A DNA stretch of 37,393 nucleotides, from UHGV virus genome UHGV-0149281. One strand, 5' to 3'. The translations under genes were made by a program, and so were the position numbers. Positions 18,243 to 29,491 of this stretch are shown here, in pieces (position 1 is the first letter of the stretch; the number at the start of each line of letters is the position of its first letter). Under the pieces are notes generated by a model, which made no database searches, had not been told where the DNA came from, and worked only from the letters and a program-made list of their open reading frames with translations. Origin of the DNA: a virus.

Positions 18243-18420
18243 TCAATCCCCTTATTGCCAATGCCAACGCTGCCCGTGCTGCGGGAAGATTGTTAACCAA
18301 TTTACTGGCAACAATTTCTTCAAGACTGGTTATGGATATGGTGTTGCGGGTAGCGTTAATTGCTCTGGGGCTGCTGCTGAAACGACATCAAACACAGGCA
18401 AGCAGGAAGGAGCTAAGTAA
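18226..18420 (+). CDS. small Cys-rich protein (64 aa), possible zinc ribbon
   Basis: AGGAG RBS 9 nt upstream; CQCQRCPCCGK motif; an alternative overlapping ORF at 18290-18490 is hydrophobic. Confidence 0.35.
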   Translation: MYHWNNQSPYCQCQRCPCCGKIVNQFTGNNFFKTGYGYGVAGSVNCSGAAAETTSNTGKQEGAK

Positions 18421-18514
18421 TGGTAATCAAAGTTTGTTCAGGCTCTCAGGGCTTCGACAACCCATCCAAATTCCGCGAAGAGTGGGATAAGCAAACAGAA
18501 GGGAAATAATCAAT

Positions 18515-19003
18515 ATGGCAGCACCAAAGGGCAACCGATTTTGGGAGGCCCGCAGCAGTCATGGGCGAAATCCTAAATTCGAATCGCCTGAGGCGCTGTG
18601 GGCTGCTTGTTGTGAATACTTCGAGTGGGCTGATGATAACCCGCTATGGGAGGGTAAGGTATTTTCATATCAGGGAAAAATAATTAAGGCTAATGTCCCT
18701 AAGATGCGAGCCATGACTATTTCAGGATTGTGTACCTTCCTTGATATCACCAGGCAAACATGGGGAACCTTCCGGTCAATGGAAGGTTTTTCTGACGTCA
18801 CATCACGAGCGGAAGACATCATCTACGACCAGAAATTCTCTGGCGCAGCCGCTGACCTTCTCAACGCTAACATCATCGCCCGTGATTTGGGCCTCAAAGA
18901 GCAGTCGCAAGTTGAAGACGTGACACCTGATAAGGGAGATCGCGATAAGCGGCGCTCTCGTATCAAGGAGCTATTCAACCGTGGAACTGGACGCGATTCT
19001 TGA
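18515..19003 (+). CDS. terminase small subunit (P22 gp3-like)
   Basis: 162 aa, the length of P22 gp3; position immediately upstream of the large terminase. Confidence 0.85.
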   Translation: MAAPKGNRFWEARSSHGRNPKFESPEALWAACCEYFEWADDNPLWEGKVFSYQGKIIKANVPKMRAMTISGLCTFLDITRQTWGTFRSMEGFSDVTSRAEDIIYDQKFSGAAADLLNANIIARDLGLKEQSQVEDVTPDKGDRDKRRSRIKELFNRGTGRDS

Positions 19004-20480
19004 TAACCTGAGCGACGAAGAGCAAATCGAATTGCTCGAGCTACTCGAAGAAGAAGAGAACTACCGGAACACACACCTGCTATATGAATTTACGCCATAC
19101 AGCAAACAGCGTGAGTTCATCGACGCCGGGCATGACTATCCAGAGCGCTGTTTTATGGCTGGTAACCAGCTTGGTAAGTCATTTACTGGTGCTGCTGAAG
19201 TCGCGTTTCACCTTACCGGGCGTTATCCGGGCACAAAAGGCTATCCTGCTGATGGTAAATATGGTGGGGAGTGGAAAGGTAAGCGTTTCTATGAGCCTGT
19301 TGTCTTCTGGATTGGTGGCGAGACAAACGAGACTGTAACCAAAACGACTCAACGCATCCTGTGCGGTCGTATCGAAGAGAATGATGAGCCAGGCTACGGT
19401 TCCATACCTAAAGAAGACATCATTAGCTGGAAGAAGTCTCCTTTCTTTCCGAACCTTGTTGATCATCTTCTGGTTAAGCATCACACGGCTGATGGCGTTG
19501 AAGATGGCATTTCAATCTGCTACTTCAAACCATACTCGCAAGGCCGCGCTCGCTGGCAGGGTGACACAATCCACGGCGTGTGGTTTGACGAAGAGCCACC
19601 ATACAGCATTTATGGCGAAGGGCTTACCCGTACCAACAAATACGGGCAATTCTCAATTCTGACGTTTACCCCGCTGATGGGGATGTCTGACGTTGTTACC
19701 AAGTTCCTGAAGAATCCCAGCAAGTCTCAGAAAGTGGTCAACATGACCATCTATGACGCTGAGCACTACACCGACGAGCAGAAAGAGCAAATCATCGCAT
19801 CCTATCCCGAGCATGAGAGAGAGGCGCGTGCTCGCGGTATTCCTACGATGGGTAGTGGTCGAATCTTCCAGATACCGGAAGAGACGATTAAGTGTCAGCC
19901 GTTCGAGTGTCCTGATCACTTCTACGTAATTGGCGGGATGGATTTCGGATGGGATCACCCGCAGGCGCAGGTTCAGCTTTGGTGGGATAAGGACGCAGAC
20001 ACAATCTACGTTTCACGCGTGTGGAAGGCGAAAGAAAAAACAGCCGTTCAGGCGTGGGGAGCCGTTAAATCATGGGCGCATAAAGTGCCAACTGCATGGC
20101 CTCATGACGGAAACCAGCATGAGAAGGGCGGCGGTGAGCAGCTCAAAGGGCAGTATGCGGACGCTGGATTTATGATGTTGCAGGAGCATGCGACATGGCC
20201 TGATGGCGGTAACGCTGTTGAGCCTGGCATCACTGAATTGCGAGACATGATTCTCGACGGTCGCTTCAAAGTATTCAACACCTGTGAGCCATTCTTTGAG
20301 GAGTTCCGCCTCTATCACCGTGATGAAAACGGGAAAATCGTCAAGCTTAACGACGACGTGCTATCCGCCGTTCGCTATGCATACATGATGCGCCGCTTCG
20401 CAAAAATGATGCGCGACATCAAAAAGCCAAAAGAGAAAAAGATACCAGCCCCAATCAGGCCCATCGCACGGAGAACTTAA
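18981..20480 (+). CDS. terminase large subunit (P22 gp2-like)
   Basis: 499 aa; Walker A-like NQLGKS; sequence matches remembered P22 gp2. Confidence 0.95.
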   Translation: MELDAILDNLSDEEQIELLELLEEEENYRNTHLLYEFTPYSKQREFIDAGHDYPERCFMAGNQLGKSFTGAAEVAFHLTGRYPGTKGYPADGKYGGEWKGKRFYEPVVFWIGGETNETVTKTTQRILCGRIEENDEPGYGSIPKEDIISWKKSPFFPNLVDHLLVKHHTADGVEDGISICYFKPYSQGRARWQGDTIHGVWFDEEPPYSIYGEGLTRTNKYGQFSILTFTPLMGMSDVVTKFLKNPSKSQKVVNMTIYDAEHYTDEQKEQIIASYPEHEREARARGIPTMGSGRIFQIPEETIKCQPFECPDHFYVIGGMDFGWDHPQAQVQLWWDKDADTIYVSRVWKAKEKTAVQAWGAVKSWAHKVPTAWPHDGNQHEKGGGEQLKGQYADAGFMMLQEHATWPDGGNAVEPGITELRDMILDGRFKVFNTCEPFFEEFRLYHRDENGKIVKLNDDVLSAVRYAYMMRRFAKMMRDIKKPKEKKIPAPIRPIARRT

Positions 20481-22646
20481 ATGGCCGACGAAAACAGACT
20501 CAATTCCATTCTGTGTAAGTTTGACGCAGACTGGATGGCGAGCGATGAAGCCAGAACCGAGGCGACAAATGACCTGTATTTTAGCCGAGTGTCGCAATGG
20601 GATGACTGGCTATCAAACTACACCACCCTGCAATATCGCGGACAATTCGATGTTGTCCGCCCGGTGGTCAGGAAGTTGGTCGCAGAGATGCGCCGGAACC
20701 CTATCGACGTTCTCTTCCGACCAAAAGACGGTGCTAATCCTGATGCAGCCGATGTGTTGATGGGGATGTATCGTACTGATATGCGCCATAACACGGCAAA
20801 GATTGCCGTTAACGTTGGCGTTCGTGAGCAGATAGAGTCCGGCGTTGGTGCATGGCGTCTGGTCACACAGTACGAAGACAACGATCCAACAAGCAACAAT
20901 CAGGTAATCAGACGCCTGCCAATCCATGAAGCCTGCTCACACGTCATATGGGACGCCAACAGCAAGCAGATGGATAAGAGCGACGCTAAGCACTGCACGG
21001 TGATTAACGCTTTGTCACGCAATGGCTGGAAAGAGTTCGCAGAGGATTACGGTATTGATCCTGACACGCTGCCATCTTTCCAGAATCCAAACGATACATG
21101 GCTGTTTCCGTGGGTATCGAATGATGTCGTCTACGTCGCTGAGTATTACGAGGTCGAAGAGAAGAAAGAGAAAGTCTTCATCTATCGCGACCCGCTGACA
21201 GGTGAGCCAGTCAGCTATTACCAGCAGGATATCAAAGACGTCATCGACGACCTGGCTAATCGTGGATTCATTAAGGTAGCAGAGCGTAAGGTGAAGCGTC
21301 GGCGTGTGTATAAGTCGATCATCACCTGCACGCAGATACTGAAAGACCGCGAGAAGATAGCCGGAGAGCATATTCCAATCGTTCCAGTGTATGGCGAATG
21401 GTCATTCGCTGGTGACAAGGAGTGCTACGAAGGAGTGGTAAGGCTGACGAAAGACGGTCAACGCCTTCGTAACATGATCATGTCATTCAACGCCGATATT
21501 GTTGCTCGCTCACCGAAGAAGAAACCGACCTTCTTCCCTGAGCAAATCGAAGGCTACGAATACATGTACGGTGGAAATGATGACTATCCGTACTATCTGC
21601 AGAACAGGACCGATGAAAACGGTAGCGACCTGCCGATTGGTCCAATCTCCTACATGGAAAACCCTGAAGTGCCGCAAGCCAACGCTTATATGCTTGAGGC
21701 TGCCACCAACGCAGTGAAAGAGGTGGCTAGTCTTGGTGTGGATGCGCAGGCAGCAAACTCTCAGGTCGCTTTCGATACCGTCAATCAACTGAACATGCGG
21801 GCAGACCTTGAGACATACGTGTTTCAGGATAACCTGGCTACCGCAATGCGACGTGATGGCGAGATTTATGCCTCAATGGTCAACGATATTTATGACGTTC
21901 CTCGTCATGTAACGCTGACACTTGAAGATGGAAGCGAGAAAGACGTTCAACTCTATGCGCAAGTTGTCGATTACCAGTCCGGCAATGTGGTCACACTCAA
22001 CGACATTCGCGGTCGCTATGAGTGCTATACAGACGTTGGACCATCCTTCCAGAGTATGAAGGAACAGAACCGCGCAGAGATTCAGGAGTTGCTCACCAAG
22101 GTTCCGCAAGGTACTCCAGAGTTCCAGATGCTGATGCTGCAATACTTCACGCTGCTTGACGGTAAAGGCGTCGAGATGATGCGAGAGTACGCGAACAAGC
22201 AACTGGTGATGATGGGGCTTAAGAAACCAGAAACACCTGAAGAGATGGAGATGGTACAGCAGGCTCAACAGCAGCCGCAGCAGCCATCAGCAGAGCAAAT
22301 TCAGGCGCAGGGTATCCTTCTGCAAGGTCAGGCTGAATTGCTCAAGGCAGAGAACCAACAGGCGCAGATTCAGGTTGAAGCCGCCAAGGTTGAAGCTCAA
22401 AACCAACTCAACGCCGCGAAGATTGCAGAAATCTTCAACAATATGGACCTCGACAAGCAGGCAGAACTGCGTGAGTACCTCAAGCTCGTAGGTCAATTCC
22501 AGCAACAGCGCAGCAAAGATGCTCGTGCTAACGCTGAGCTGCTTCTTAAAGATGCAGACCAGGCTCATTCACAACGCATGGATTTCGCGAATCTTATGCG
22601 TCAAGTTCAAATCTCCTCCGGCGGAGTAGCCGAGACACCTCAATAA
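20481..22646 (+). CDS. portal protein (P22 gp1-like)
   Basis: 721 aa; MADNENRL...[17 protein letters not shown]...[18 protein letters not shown] matches P22 portal; Gln-rich C-terminal barrel region. Confidence 0.95.
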   Translation: MADENRLNSILCKFDADWMASDEARTEATNDLYFSRVSQWDDWLSNYTTLQYRGQFDVVRPVVRKLVAEMRRNPIDVLFRPKDGANPDAADVLMGMYRTDMRHNTAKIAVNVGVREQIESGVGAWRLVTQYEDNDPTSNNQVIRRLPIHEACSHVIWDANSKQMDKSDAKHCTVINALSRNGWKEFAEDYGIDPDTLPSFQNPNDTWLFPWVSNDVVYVAEYYEVEEKKEKVFIYRDPLTGEPVSYYQQDIKDVIDDLANRGFIKVAERKVKRRRVYKSIITCTQILKDREKIAGEHIPIVPVYGEWSFAGDKECYEGVVRLTKDGQRLRNMIMSFNADIVARSPKKKPTFFPEQIEGYEYMYGGNDDYPYYLQNRTDENGSDLPIGPISYMENPEVPQANAYMLEAATNAVKEVASLGVDAQAANSQVAFDTVNQLNMRADLETYVFQDNLATAMRRDGEIYASMVNDIYDVPRHVTLTLEDGSEKDVQLYAQVVDYQSGNVVTLNDIRGRYECYTDVGPSFQSMKEQNRAEIQELLTKVPQGTPEFQMLMLQYFTLLDGKGVEMMREYANKQLVMMGLKKPETPEEMEMVQQAQQQPQQPSAEQIQAQGILLQGQAELLKAENQQAQIQVEAAKVEAQNQLNAAKIAEIFNNMDLDKQAELREYLKLVGQFQQQRSKDARANAELLLKDADQAHSQRMDFANLMRQVQISSGGVAETPQ

Positions 22647-22659
22647 GAGAGAGTTAATC

Positions 22660-23571
22660 ATGGACCAAACCACCGACATTCAGGCTTCTGAAGAATTAAC
22701 CCTGCCCGGCAATCATGCAGCGGCATCTGCTGATGGCTTAGTTGTCGATAATGCCAACGACAACGCAGGTCAGGAAGAAGGCTTCGAGATTGTCCTGAAA
22801 GACGATGAGAAACCAAAACAAGACCCGGCAACTAATGCTGAATTTGCCCGTCGCCGCATCGAACGCAAACGCCAGCGTGAGCTTGAGCAACAGATGGAAG
22901 CGGTTAAGCGTGGAGAGTTGCCGGAGCACCTGCGGGTGAACCCTGAGTTACCAAAACAACCAGACCCTAACGATTATCTTTCCGAAGATGCACTGGCTAA
23001 GTACGACTATGACCAGAGCCGCGCACTGGCTGCCTTCCAGCAGGCAAATAGTGAATGGCAGATCAAGGCTATGGACGCACGAAGCCAGGCTGTCGCCGAG
23101 CAGGGTCGCAAAACTCAGGAGTTCACCCAGCAATCAGCGCAATACGTCGAGGCAGCCCGTAAGCACTACGACGCAGCGGAAAAGCTCAATATCCCTGACT
23201 ATCAGGAGAAAGAGGATGCATTCATGCAACTGGTGCCGCCAGCAGTCGGTGCCGACATCATGCGCCTCTTCCCGGAGAAATCCGCTGCTCTCATGTATCA
23301 CCTTGGTGCTAATCCTGAGAAAACACGCCAGTTGCTGGCGATGGACGGGCAATCCGCGCTGATTGAACTCACTCGACTGTCAGAACGTTTAACTCTCAAG
23401 CCTCGAGCCAAACCTGTTTCAGAAGCCCCGCTACCTGATGAACCCATTCAGGGACACGCTGTTGCTGCAAATATATCTGCGATTGAAAAGCAGATGGAAG
23501 CGGCAGCAAACAAAGGGGATGTAGAGACATACCGCAAGCTCAAGGCGCAACTGAATAAAGGAATTCGATAA
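22660..23571 (+). CDS. scaffolding protein (P22 gp8-like)
   Basis: 303 aa; [31 protein letters not shown]...[31 protein letters not shown] matches P22 gp8. Confidence 0.95.
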   Translation: MDQTTDIQASEELTLPGNHAAASADGLVVDNANDNAGQEEGFEIVLKDDEKPKQDPATNAEFARRRIERKRQRELEQQMEAVKRGELPEHLRVNPELPKQPDPNDYLSEDALAKYDYDQSRALAAFQQANSEWQIKAMDARSQAVAEQGRKTQEFTQQSAQYVEAARKHYDAAEKLNIPDYQEKEDAFMQLVPPAVGADIMRLFPEKSAALMYHLGANPEKTRQLLAMDGQSALIELTRLSERLTLKPRAKPVSEAPLPDEPIQGHAVAANISAIEKQMEAAANKGDVETYRKLKAQLNKGIR

Positions 23572-24093
23572 TTATTTCGATATCGTGATGTTGTTTTCCT
23601 CGTCAAACTTTCTGATTACTTCTTTCGCCTCTTCGAATGAAGAACATACTTTTTGCACTCTTGCATTAAGCAGTCGCTTATGAGCGATCCATCTTTTCCG
23701 CGTGTTGCAAAAGTAAACTCCAGATATTCCGCTGGAGTTATTTTTAGATAGTTTGATTCTATTCCTTTGGTTTGCTGATTTTTTCACAAGACGAAGATTT
23801 TCAATTCTGTTGTCGTGGCGAATCCCATTTATATGGTCAATTTCCATGCCTTCTGGAATATCTCCGTTAAACATTACCCATACGATGCGGTGTGCTAGCC
23901 ACTTAATGCCGTTAATTCTTATGCGGATATATCCATTGCTTTCTAAAAGACCAGCAACTTTCCCAGCGTGTTTTGCATTCCAAACGTTGTGATAGTTGCG
24001 ATTCTTTTTGTTGTTGAAAAATTCAGAGCTTCTGGCTTTCCAAACCAAAGAGCCATCGCGGTATTCGAAGTATTCATTCAGTTCCATGCTCAT
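23572..24093 (-). CDS. free-standing HNH homing endonuclease with AP2-like DNA-binding domain
   Basis: 173 aa; HNH motif EIDHINGIRHDNRIENLRLV; C-terminal SGISGVYF...KRWIAHKR AP2-like; AT-rich; opposite strand to the head operon. Confidence 0.85.
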   Translation of the reverse strand: MSMELNEYFEYRDGSLVWKARSSEFFNNKKNRNYHNVWNAKHAGKVAGLLESNGYIRIRINGIKWLAHRIVWVMFNGDIPEGMEIDHINGIRHDNRIENLRLVKKSANQRNRIKLSKNNSSGISGVYFCNTRKRWIAHKRLLNARVQKVCSSFEEAKEVIRKFDEENNITISK

Positions 24094-24160
24094 AACCCTA
24101 ATGCGCTATATGTTGATATAACAATAGTATAGCACATAAAGAAAGTAAGGTATTCAATAT

Positions 24161-25456
24161 ATGACTCTCAAAGAAGGGCAGTTAGTTACTTACGCTATCG
24201 ATGAAATCATCGAAACCGTCCAGAACCTGACGCCAATGGCGTCCAAAGTGACAAAATACACCCCTCCGGCAGAATCCATGCAGCGTTCAAGCAACACCGT
24301 GTGGATGCCTGTTGAGCAGGAAGCGCCAACCCAGACTGGCTGGGATTTAACTGGCAACGCAACCGGGATTCTGGAACTCTCCGTGAAATGCAACATGGGC
24401 GGTCCGGATAACGATTTCTTCGAGCTTCGTGCAGATGACCTGCGTGATGAGCGTTCTTACCGTCGCCGCATTCAGGCATCCGCCAAAAAACTGGCGAATA
24501 ACATTGAGTCAGCGATTGCCAAACAGGCAACTGAAATGGGCTCGCTTGTTGTTCACGATACCCGCGCAATTGGTCCATCTACTGGCCTGTCTGGCTGGGA
24601 TTTTGTGTCTGATGCAGAGCGCCTGATGTTCTCCCGTGAGCTAAACCGCGATATGGGCATCAGTTACTTCCTGAACCCTGACGATTACCGCAAAGCAGGA
24701 CGCAACCTGGTAGATGGTGACATCTTCGGTCGCGTTCCTGAAGAAGCGTATCGCAACGGTACTATTCAGCGTCAGATTGCTGGCTTTGATGAAATTCTTC
24801 GCTCACCGAAACTTCCGGCAGTTACCAAGTCAACCGCTACTGGTGTAACTGTTTCTGGTGCGCAGAAGTTTAAGCCGCAGGCATACACCCTTGATACCGA
24901 TGGTAACAAAGAGAACGTCGACAACCGTGTTGCAACGGTGACCGTATCCTCCACCACCGGGTTTAAGCGCGGCGACAAAATCAGCTTCACTGGTGTGAAA
25001 TTCCTGTCTCAGATGGCGAAGAATGTGCTAACTGATGACGCGACTTTCTCAATCACTCGTGTGATCGATGGTACTCACATCGAAATCACGCCGAAACCGA
25101 TTGCACTGGATGACGCGTCACTGACAAAAGAAGAGAAGGCTTACGCTAACGTAAACACCTCTCTTGCTGATGCCACTCCGGTAAACGTTCTGAACGTGGC
25201 AACAACCACCGCTAACGTGTTCTGGGCTGATGACTCAATCCGTCTGCTGTCTCAGCCGATCCCGGTAACCCATGAACTGTTTGCTGGCATGAAAACGTCT
25301 TCCTTCAGCATTCCTGGTATTGGTGTTAACGGCATCTTCGCAACGCAGGGTGATATCAACACTCTGTCTGGTAAGTGCCGTATTGCTGTGTGGTATTCAG
25401 CATGTGCTGTACGACCAGAGGCAATTGGTGTTGGTCTGCCTAACCAGACCGCGTGA
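24161..25456 (+). CDS. major capsid (coat) protein (P22 gp5-like)
   Basis: 431 aa; [21 protein letters not shown]...[15 protein letters not shown] matches P22 coat. Confidence 0.95.
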   Translation: MTLKEGQLVTYAIDEIIETVQNLTPMASKVTKYTPPAESMQRSSNTVWMPVEQEAPTQTGWDLTGNATGILELSVKCNMGGPDNDFFELRADDLRDERSYRRRIQASAKKLANNIESAIAKQATEMGSLVVHDTRAIGPSTGLSGWDFVSDAERLMFSRELNRDMGISYFLNPDDYRKAGRNLVDGDIFGRVPEEAYRNGTIQRQIAGFDEILRSPKLPAVTKSTATGVTVSGAQKFKPQAYTLDTDGNKENVDNRVATVTVSSTTGFKRGDKISFTGVKFLSQMAKNVLTDDATFSITRVIDGTHIEITPKPIALDDASLTKEEKAYANVNTSLADATPVNVLNVATTTANVFWADDSIRLLSQPIPVTHELFAGMKTSSFSIPGIGVNGIFATQGDINTLSGKCRIAVWYSACAVRPEAIGVGLPNQTA

Positions 25457-25464
25457 TAACCAGA

Positions 25465-25488
25465 GGGAGCTTCGGCTCCCTTTTTTAT
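25465..25488 (+). terminator. hairpin terminator/attenuator after the coat gene
   Basis: GGGAGC-TTCG-GCTCCC followed by TTTTTT. Confidence 0.6.
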
Positions 25489-25500
25489 CTGGAGACAAGC

Positions 25501-25731
25501 ATGACACACATGATCTTTCGTCATGGCGACATGAAGAAGTGGAAAGGAGTTGGGTACGACTTTGAAATCGTGAAAGCCGAAGAGCTTCAGGAATATCTGG
25601 ATGCTGGCTGGGTTGCACATCCTGATGATCTTCTGAAGGATGTTGAAGAGCCAGAGCCAGAAGAAAAACAGCGTAAAAAGCCTGGTCGAAAACCTAAGGC
25701 GGCAGCAGATGAACCTGACAACGAAGGGTGA
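25501..25731 (+). CDS. small acidic/basic hypothetical protein (76 aa)
   Basis: ATG 25501 with GGAG RBS; overlaps the gp4 start by 23 nt. Confidence 0.45.
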   Translation: MTHMIFRHGDMKKWKGVGYDFEIVKAEELQEYLDAGWVAHPDDLLKDVEEPEPEEKQRKKPGRKPKAAADEPDNEG

Positions 25732-26209
25732 TTTAGTCCTTGCAGCATTACGTAAGCTCGGTGTTGCATCAAATGCCACGTTAACCGATGTCGAACCGCA
25801 GTCTATGGAAGACGGCGTCAACGACCTTGAAATGATGATGGCTGAATGGCTTGGCGGTGATGCGTCACCTGGGATCAACGTTGGCTACATTTTTGCTGAT
25901 GCAGATGTTGCTCCGGATCCGGGCGATGAGCACGGCTTATCAAATAACGCTATAAATGCTGTCATTTTCAACCTTGCCTGCCGCATTGCTCCGGATTATG
26001 CGCTGGAAGCGTCTGCAAAACTTATAACCACTGCCAGATACGGGAAAGAGCAACTCGTCAAACTGTCTGCAATGGACAGAGCAAAAGCCGCTAAATGTAA
26101 GTCCGGTTATCCAAACCGTATGCCTGTTGGTAGCGGTAATCAGTTGGCGAAGTGGAACGGTTGGAATTACTTCCACCGGAAGGAACCTTGCGATAACGGG
26201 AGCGAATAA
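25709..26209 (+). CDS. head completion/portal-closure protein (P22 gp4-like)
   Basis: 166 aa; [37 protein letters not shown] matches P22 gp4. Confidence 0.9.
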   Translation: MNLTTKGDLVLAALRKLGVASNATLTDVEPQSMEDGVNDLEMMMAEWLGGDASPGINVGYIFADADVAPDPGDEHGLSNNAINAVIFNLACRIAPDYALEASAKLITTARYGKEQLVKLSAMDRAKAAKCKSGYPNRMPVGSGNQLAKWNGWNYFHRKEPCDNGSE

Positions 26210-27628
26210 ATGCCGATTCAGCAACTTCCGCTTATGAAAGGTGTCGGCAAAGATTTCAGAAACGCCGACTATATCGACTATCTGCCAGTGAATATGTTGG
26301 CTACACCCAAAGAAATCCTCAACAGCAGCGGATATCTTCGCTCATTCCCGGGCATTGCCAAACGTTCTGATGTGAACGGCGTATCGCGAGGCGTCGAGTA
26401 CAACATGGCGCAGAATGCTGTTTATCGCGTGTGTGGTGGCAAGCTGTATAAGGGCGAAAGTGAAGTCGGTGATGTTGCCGGAAGTGGTCGCGTATCAATG
26501 GCGCATGGTCGGACATCACAGGCGGTAGGCGTTAATGGTCAACTGGTCGAGTATCGTTATGATGGCACGGTTAAAACCGTCTCAAACTGGCCTACAGACA
26601 GTGGATTCACTCAGTATGAGTTAGGTTCGGTTCGTGACATTACGCGCTTACGTGGGCGTTATGCGTGGTCAAAAGACGGAACTGATTCATGGTTTATCAC
26701 TGACCTTGAAGACGAATCGCACCCTGACCGATACAGCGCACAATATCGTGCAGAGTCTCAGCCTGACGGCATCATCGGCATCGGAACATGGCGAGACTTC
26801 ATCGTCTGCTTTGGTTCATCGACGATTGAATATTTCTCCCTGACTGGCGCAACCACCGTTGGTGCTGCTTTGTATGTCGCACAGCCATCACTGATGGTGC
26901 AAAAAGGAATAGCCGGAACCTACTGCAAAACGTCGTTTGCTGATTCTTATGCATTTATCAGCAATCCGGCAACAGGTGCGCCGTCTGTGTATATCATCGG
27001 CTCCGGTCAGGTATCACCAATCGCCAGCGCGAGCATTGAGAAAATACTACGCTCCTACACTGCTGATGAACTGGCTGATGGCGTGATGGAGTCTCTGAGA
27101 TTTGATGCGCATGAGTTGCTGATTATCCATCTTCCGCGCCATGTCCTCGTATACGACGCATCTTCAAGCGCCAATGGTCCGCAATGGTGTGTGCTGAAAA
27201 CCGGCCTGTATGACGATGTGTACCGCGCTATCGACTTCATTTATGAGGGCAATCAGATAACGTGCGGCGACAAACTGGAATCGGTGACCGGGAAATTGCA
27301 TTTCGATATCAGCAGTCAGTATGGGCTTCAACAGGAACACCTGCTGTTTACTCCACTGTTCAAAGCGGATAACGCCAGAGTTTTCGACTTTGAGATTGAA
27401 TCGTCAACTGGCGTTGCGCAGTACGCCGACCGCCTTTTTCTCTCTGCAACCACTGACGGCATAAATTACGGACGTGAGCAGATGATTGAACAGAATGAAC
27501 CGTTCGTTTACGACAAACGCGTTTTGTGGAAGCGAGTTGGGCGCATCAGGAAAAATGTCGGCTTCAAATTGCGCGTTATCACGAAGTCACCTGTCACTCT
27601 GTCAGGCTGCCAGATAAGGATTGAGTAA
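26210..27628 (+). CDS. tail hub protein (P22 gp10-like)
   Basis: 472 aa; near-identical to remembered P22 gp10 along its length. Confidence 0.95.
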   Translation: MPIQQLPLMKGVGKDFRNADYIDYLPVNMLATPKEILNSSGYLRSFPGIAKRSDVNGVSRGVEYNMAQNAVYRVCGGKLYKGESEVGDVAGSGRVSMAHGRTSQAVGVNGQLVEYRYDGTVKTVSNWPTDSGFTQYELGSVRDITRLRGRYAWSKDGTDSWFITDLEDESHPDRYSAQYRAESQPDGIIGIGTWRDFIVCFGSSTIEYFSLTGATTVGAALYVAQPSLMVQKGIAGTYCKTSFADSYAFISNPATGAPSVYIIGSGQVSPIASASIEKILRSYTADELADGVMESLRFDAHELLIIHLPRHVLVYDASSSANGPQWCVLKTGLYDDVYRAIDFIYEGNQITCGDKLESVTGKLHFDISSQYGLQQEHLLFTPLFKADNARVFDFEIESSTGVAQYADRLFLSATTDGINYGREQMIEQNEPFVYDKRVLWKRVGRIRKNVGFKLRVITKSPVTLSGCQIRIE

Positions 27629-28329
27629 TGGCTGATTCGAATCTCAACACCCCTGTTATTGTGCAGGCGACGCGGCTCGATACATCAATCCTTCCACGCA
27701 ATATCTTCTCGCAGTCGTATCTGCTGTACGTTATCGCACAGGGTACTGATGTTGGTAACGTGGCGAACAAGGCCAACGAGGCCGGACAGGGCGCTTATGA
27801 CGCACAAGTCAGGAACGATGAGCAGGATGTGATTCTGGTCGATCACGAAGAAAGAATTCGTCAGCTCCGCATCGACGTAGACGACCATGAAATCCGTATT
27901 ACTGCAAATACCAATGCAATCGCGTCGCTGGATGTCAGACTAACCACGGCTGAAGGTGAAATAGTCACCTTGCAGGCTGATGTCAGTGCTCTCGATGGTA
28001 GAGTGACGGAGGCTGAAGGAAATATTTCTGCATTGCAGGACGATTACGTATCGAAAACAGCCACAGCAACACAATCGCTGGCATCCCCCCTCAACGTAAC
28101 AACATCCTATTCAGTCGGCGGTACCAAGGTTATCGGTGCTCGTCAGACAGGATGGACAGCGGCAACCGGAACGGCACTCCTCGGCGCATTCAACGCTAAC
28201 CAGGCATACACTGTCGGCACTACGTACACGCAATCCGAAGTCGCGGCTCTCGCTACAGGTTTGCAGCAGGCGCGGCAGCGTATTCTGGCGCTTGAAACGG
28301 CACTTAGATTACATGGGCTGATTGACTGA
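27628..28329 (+). CDS. tail needle (P22 gp26-like)
   Basis: 233 aa trimeric coiled-coil needle; N-terminal 140 aa match P22 gp26; C-terminal tip diverges. Confidence 0.9.
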   Translation: MADSNLNTPVIVQATRLDTSILPRNIFSQSYLLYVIAQGTDVGNVANKANEAGQGAYDAQVRNDEQDVILVDHEERIRQLRIDVDDHEIRITANTNAIASLDVRLTTAEGEIVTLQADVSALDGRVTEAEGNISALQDDYVSKTATATQSLASPLNVTTSYSVGGTKVIGARQTGWTAATGTALLGAFNANQAYTVGTTYTQSEVAALATGLQQARQRILALETALRLHGLID

Positions 28330-28784
28330 TGATTACATTCAAACCAACGCGAAACATCGACCTGATCGAAGCAGTCGGAAATCACCCTGACATTATTGCC
28401 GGAAGCAACAACGGTGATGGATACGACTACAAGCCTGAATGCCGTTACTTTGAGGTGAACGTGCACGGTCAGTTTGGCGGCATTGTTTACTATCAGGAGA
28501 TTCAGCCGCTGACATTCGATTGCCACGCCATGTACCTGCCAGAGGTTCGTGGATTCAGCAAGGAAATCGGGCTGGCGTTCTGGCGATACATTCTGACTAA
28601 CACCACCGTTCAGTGCGTAACATCGTTCGCTGCACGCAAATTCCGCCACGGTCAGATGTACTGCGCAATGATTGGCCTTAAGCGTGTAGGAACCATCAAG
28701 AAATACTTCAAAGGCGTGGATGACGTGACTTTTTACAGCGCAACACGTGAAGAACTAATCGACTTCCTGAATCACGGGAGATAG
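28329..28784 (+). CDS. P22 gp14-like protein
   Basis: 151 aa ORF at the syntenic position between gp26 and gp7. Confidence 0.75.
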   Translation: MITFKPTRNIDLIEAVGNHPDIIAGSNNGDGYDYKPECRYFEVNVHGQFGGIVYYQEIQPLTFDCHAMYLPEVRGFSKEIGLAFWRYILTNTTVQCVTSFAARKFRHGQMYCAMIGLKRVGTIKKYFKGVDDVTFYSATREELIDFLNHGR

Positions 28785-28786
28785 CC

Positions 28787-29482
28787 ATGTTATATGCATT
28801 TAAGCTGGGCAGAAAACTGCGCGGCGAGGAACCTTATTGCCCTGAAAAAGGCGGGAAAGGTGGCAGTTCTGATAAAAGCGCAAAGTATGCAGCAGAAGCT
28901 CAGAAGTATGCCGCAGACCTGCAAAATCAGCAGTTCAACACCATCATGAACAACCTGAAGCCGTTTACTCCTCTGGCTGATAAGTATGTCGGCAGCCTCG
29001 AGAACTTATCGTCTCTGGAAGGGCAAGGTCAGGCACTTAACCAGTATTACAACTCTCAGCAGTACAAAGATCTTGCTGGTCAGGCTCGCTATCAGAGTCT
29101 GGCGGCAGCGGAAGCAACAGGTGGATTGGGTTCCACTGCAACCGGTAATCAGTTAGCAACAATCGCACCAACGCTTGGTCAGCAATGGCTATCTGGTCAG
29201 ATGAACAACTACCAGAATCTGGCAAATATTGGTCTTGGCGCACTGCAAGGTCAGGCAAACGCCGGGCAGACATATGCCAACAACATGAGTCAGATTTCGC
29301 AGCAAAGTGCGGCTCTTGCAGCGGCAAATGCCAACAGACCATCAGCAATGCAATCTGCTATTGGCGGAGGTGCGTCTGGTGCTATTGCTGGGGCTGGACT
29401 TGCGAAATTAATTGGTTCATCAACTCCGTGGGGTGCTGGTATCGGTGCTGGTATCGGTCTGCTTGGTTCACTGCTTTATTAA
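28787..29482 (+). CDS. ejection protein (P22 gp7-like)
   Basis: 231 aa; N-terminal MLYAFKLGRKLRGEEPYCPEKGGKGGS; Gln/Ala-rich; C-terminal glycine-zipper hydrophobic segment. Confidence 0.9.
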   Translation: MLYAFKLGRKLRGEEPYCPEKGGKGGSSDKSAKYAAEAQKYAADLQNQQFNTIMNNLKPFTPLADKYVGSLENLSSLEGQGQALNQYYNSQQYKDLAGQARYQSLAAAEATGGLGSTATGNQLATIAPTLGQQWLSGQMNNYQNLANIGLGALQGQANAGQTYANNMSQISQQSAALAAANANRPSAMQSAIGGGASGAIAGAGLAKLIGSSTPWGAGIGAGIGLLGSLLY

Positions 29483-29491
29483 GGGGTAATC

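Noticed and set aside
18290-18490. 66-aa hydrophobic ORF with a TTG start, alternative to the Cys-rich ORF
   Set aside because: Non-ATG start and overlap with a competing ORF that has a better RBS; coding frame unresolved
22260-22420. Gln/Ala-rich CAG/GCA-rich stretch that resembles a simple repeat
   Set aside because: It encodes the Gln-rich C-terminal region of the portal protein; no tandem repeat unit or CRISPR-like spacing
21873-22568. Antisense ORFs (131 and 93 aa) within the portal gene
   Set aside because: Opposite a strongly supported P22-like portal; Leu-rich composition is the mirror of the Gln-rich coding strand
28143-28649. 168-aa antisense ORF across gp26/gp14
   Set aside because: Overlaps two well-supported structural genes on the other strand
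29300-29480. GGTGCTGG-type repetition
   Set aside because: Encodes the Gly/Ala-rich C-terminus of the gp7-like ejection protein, not a repeat element
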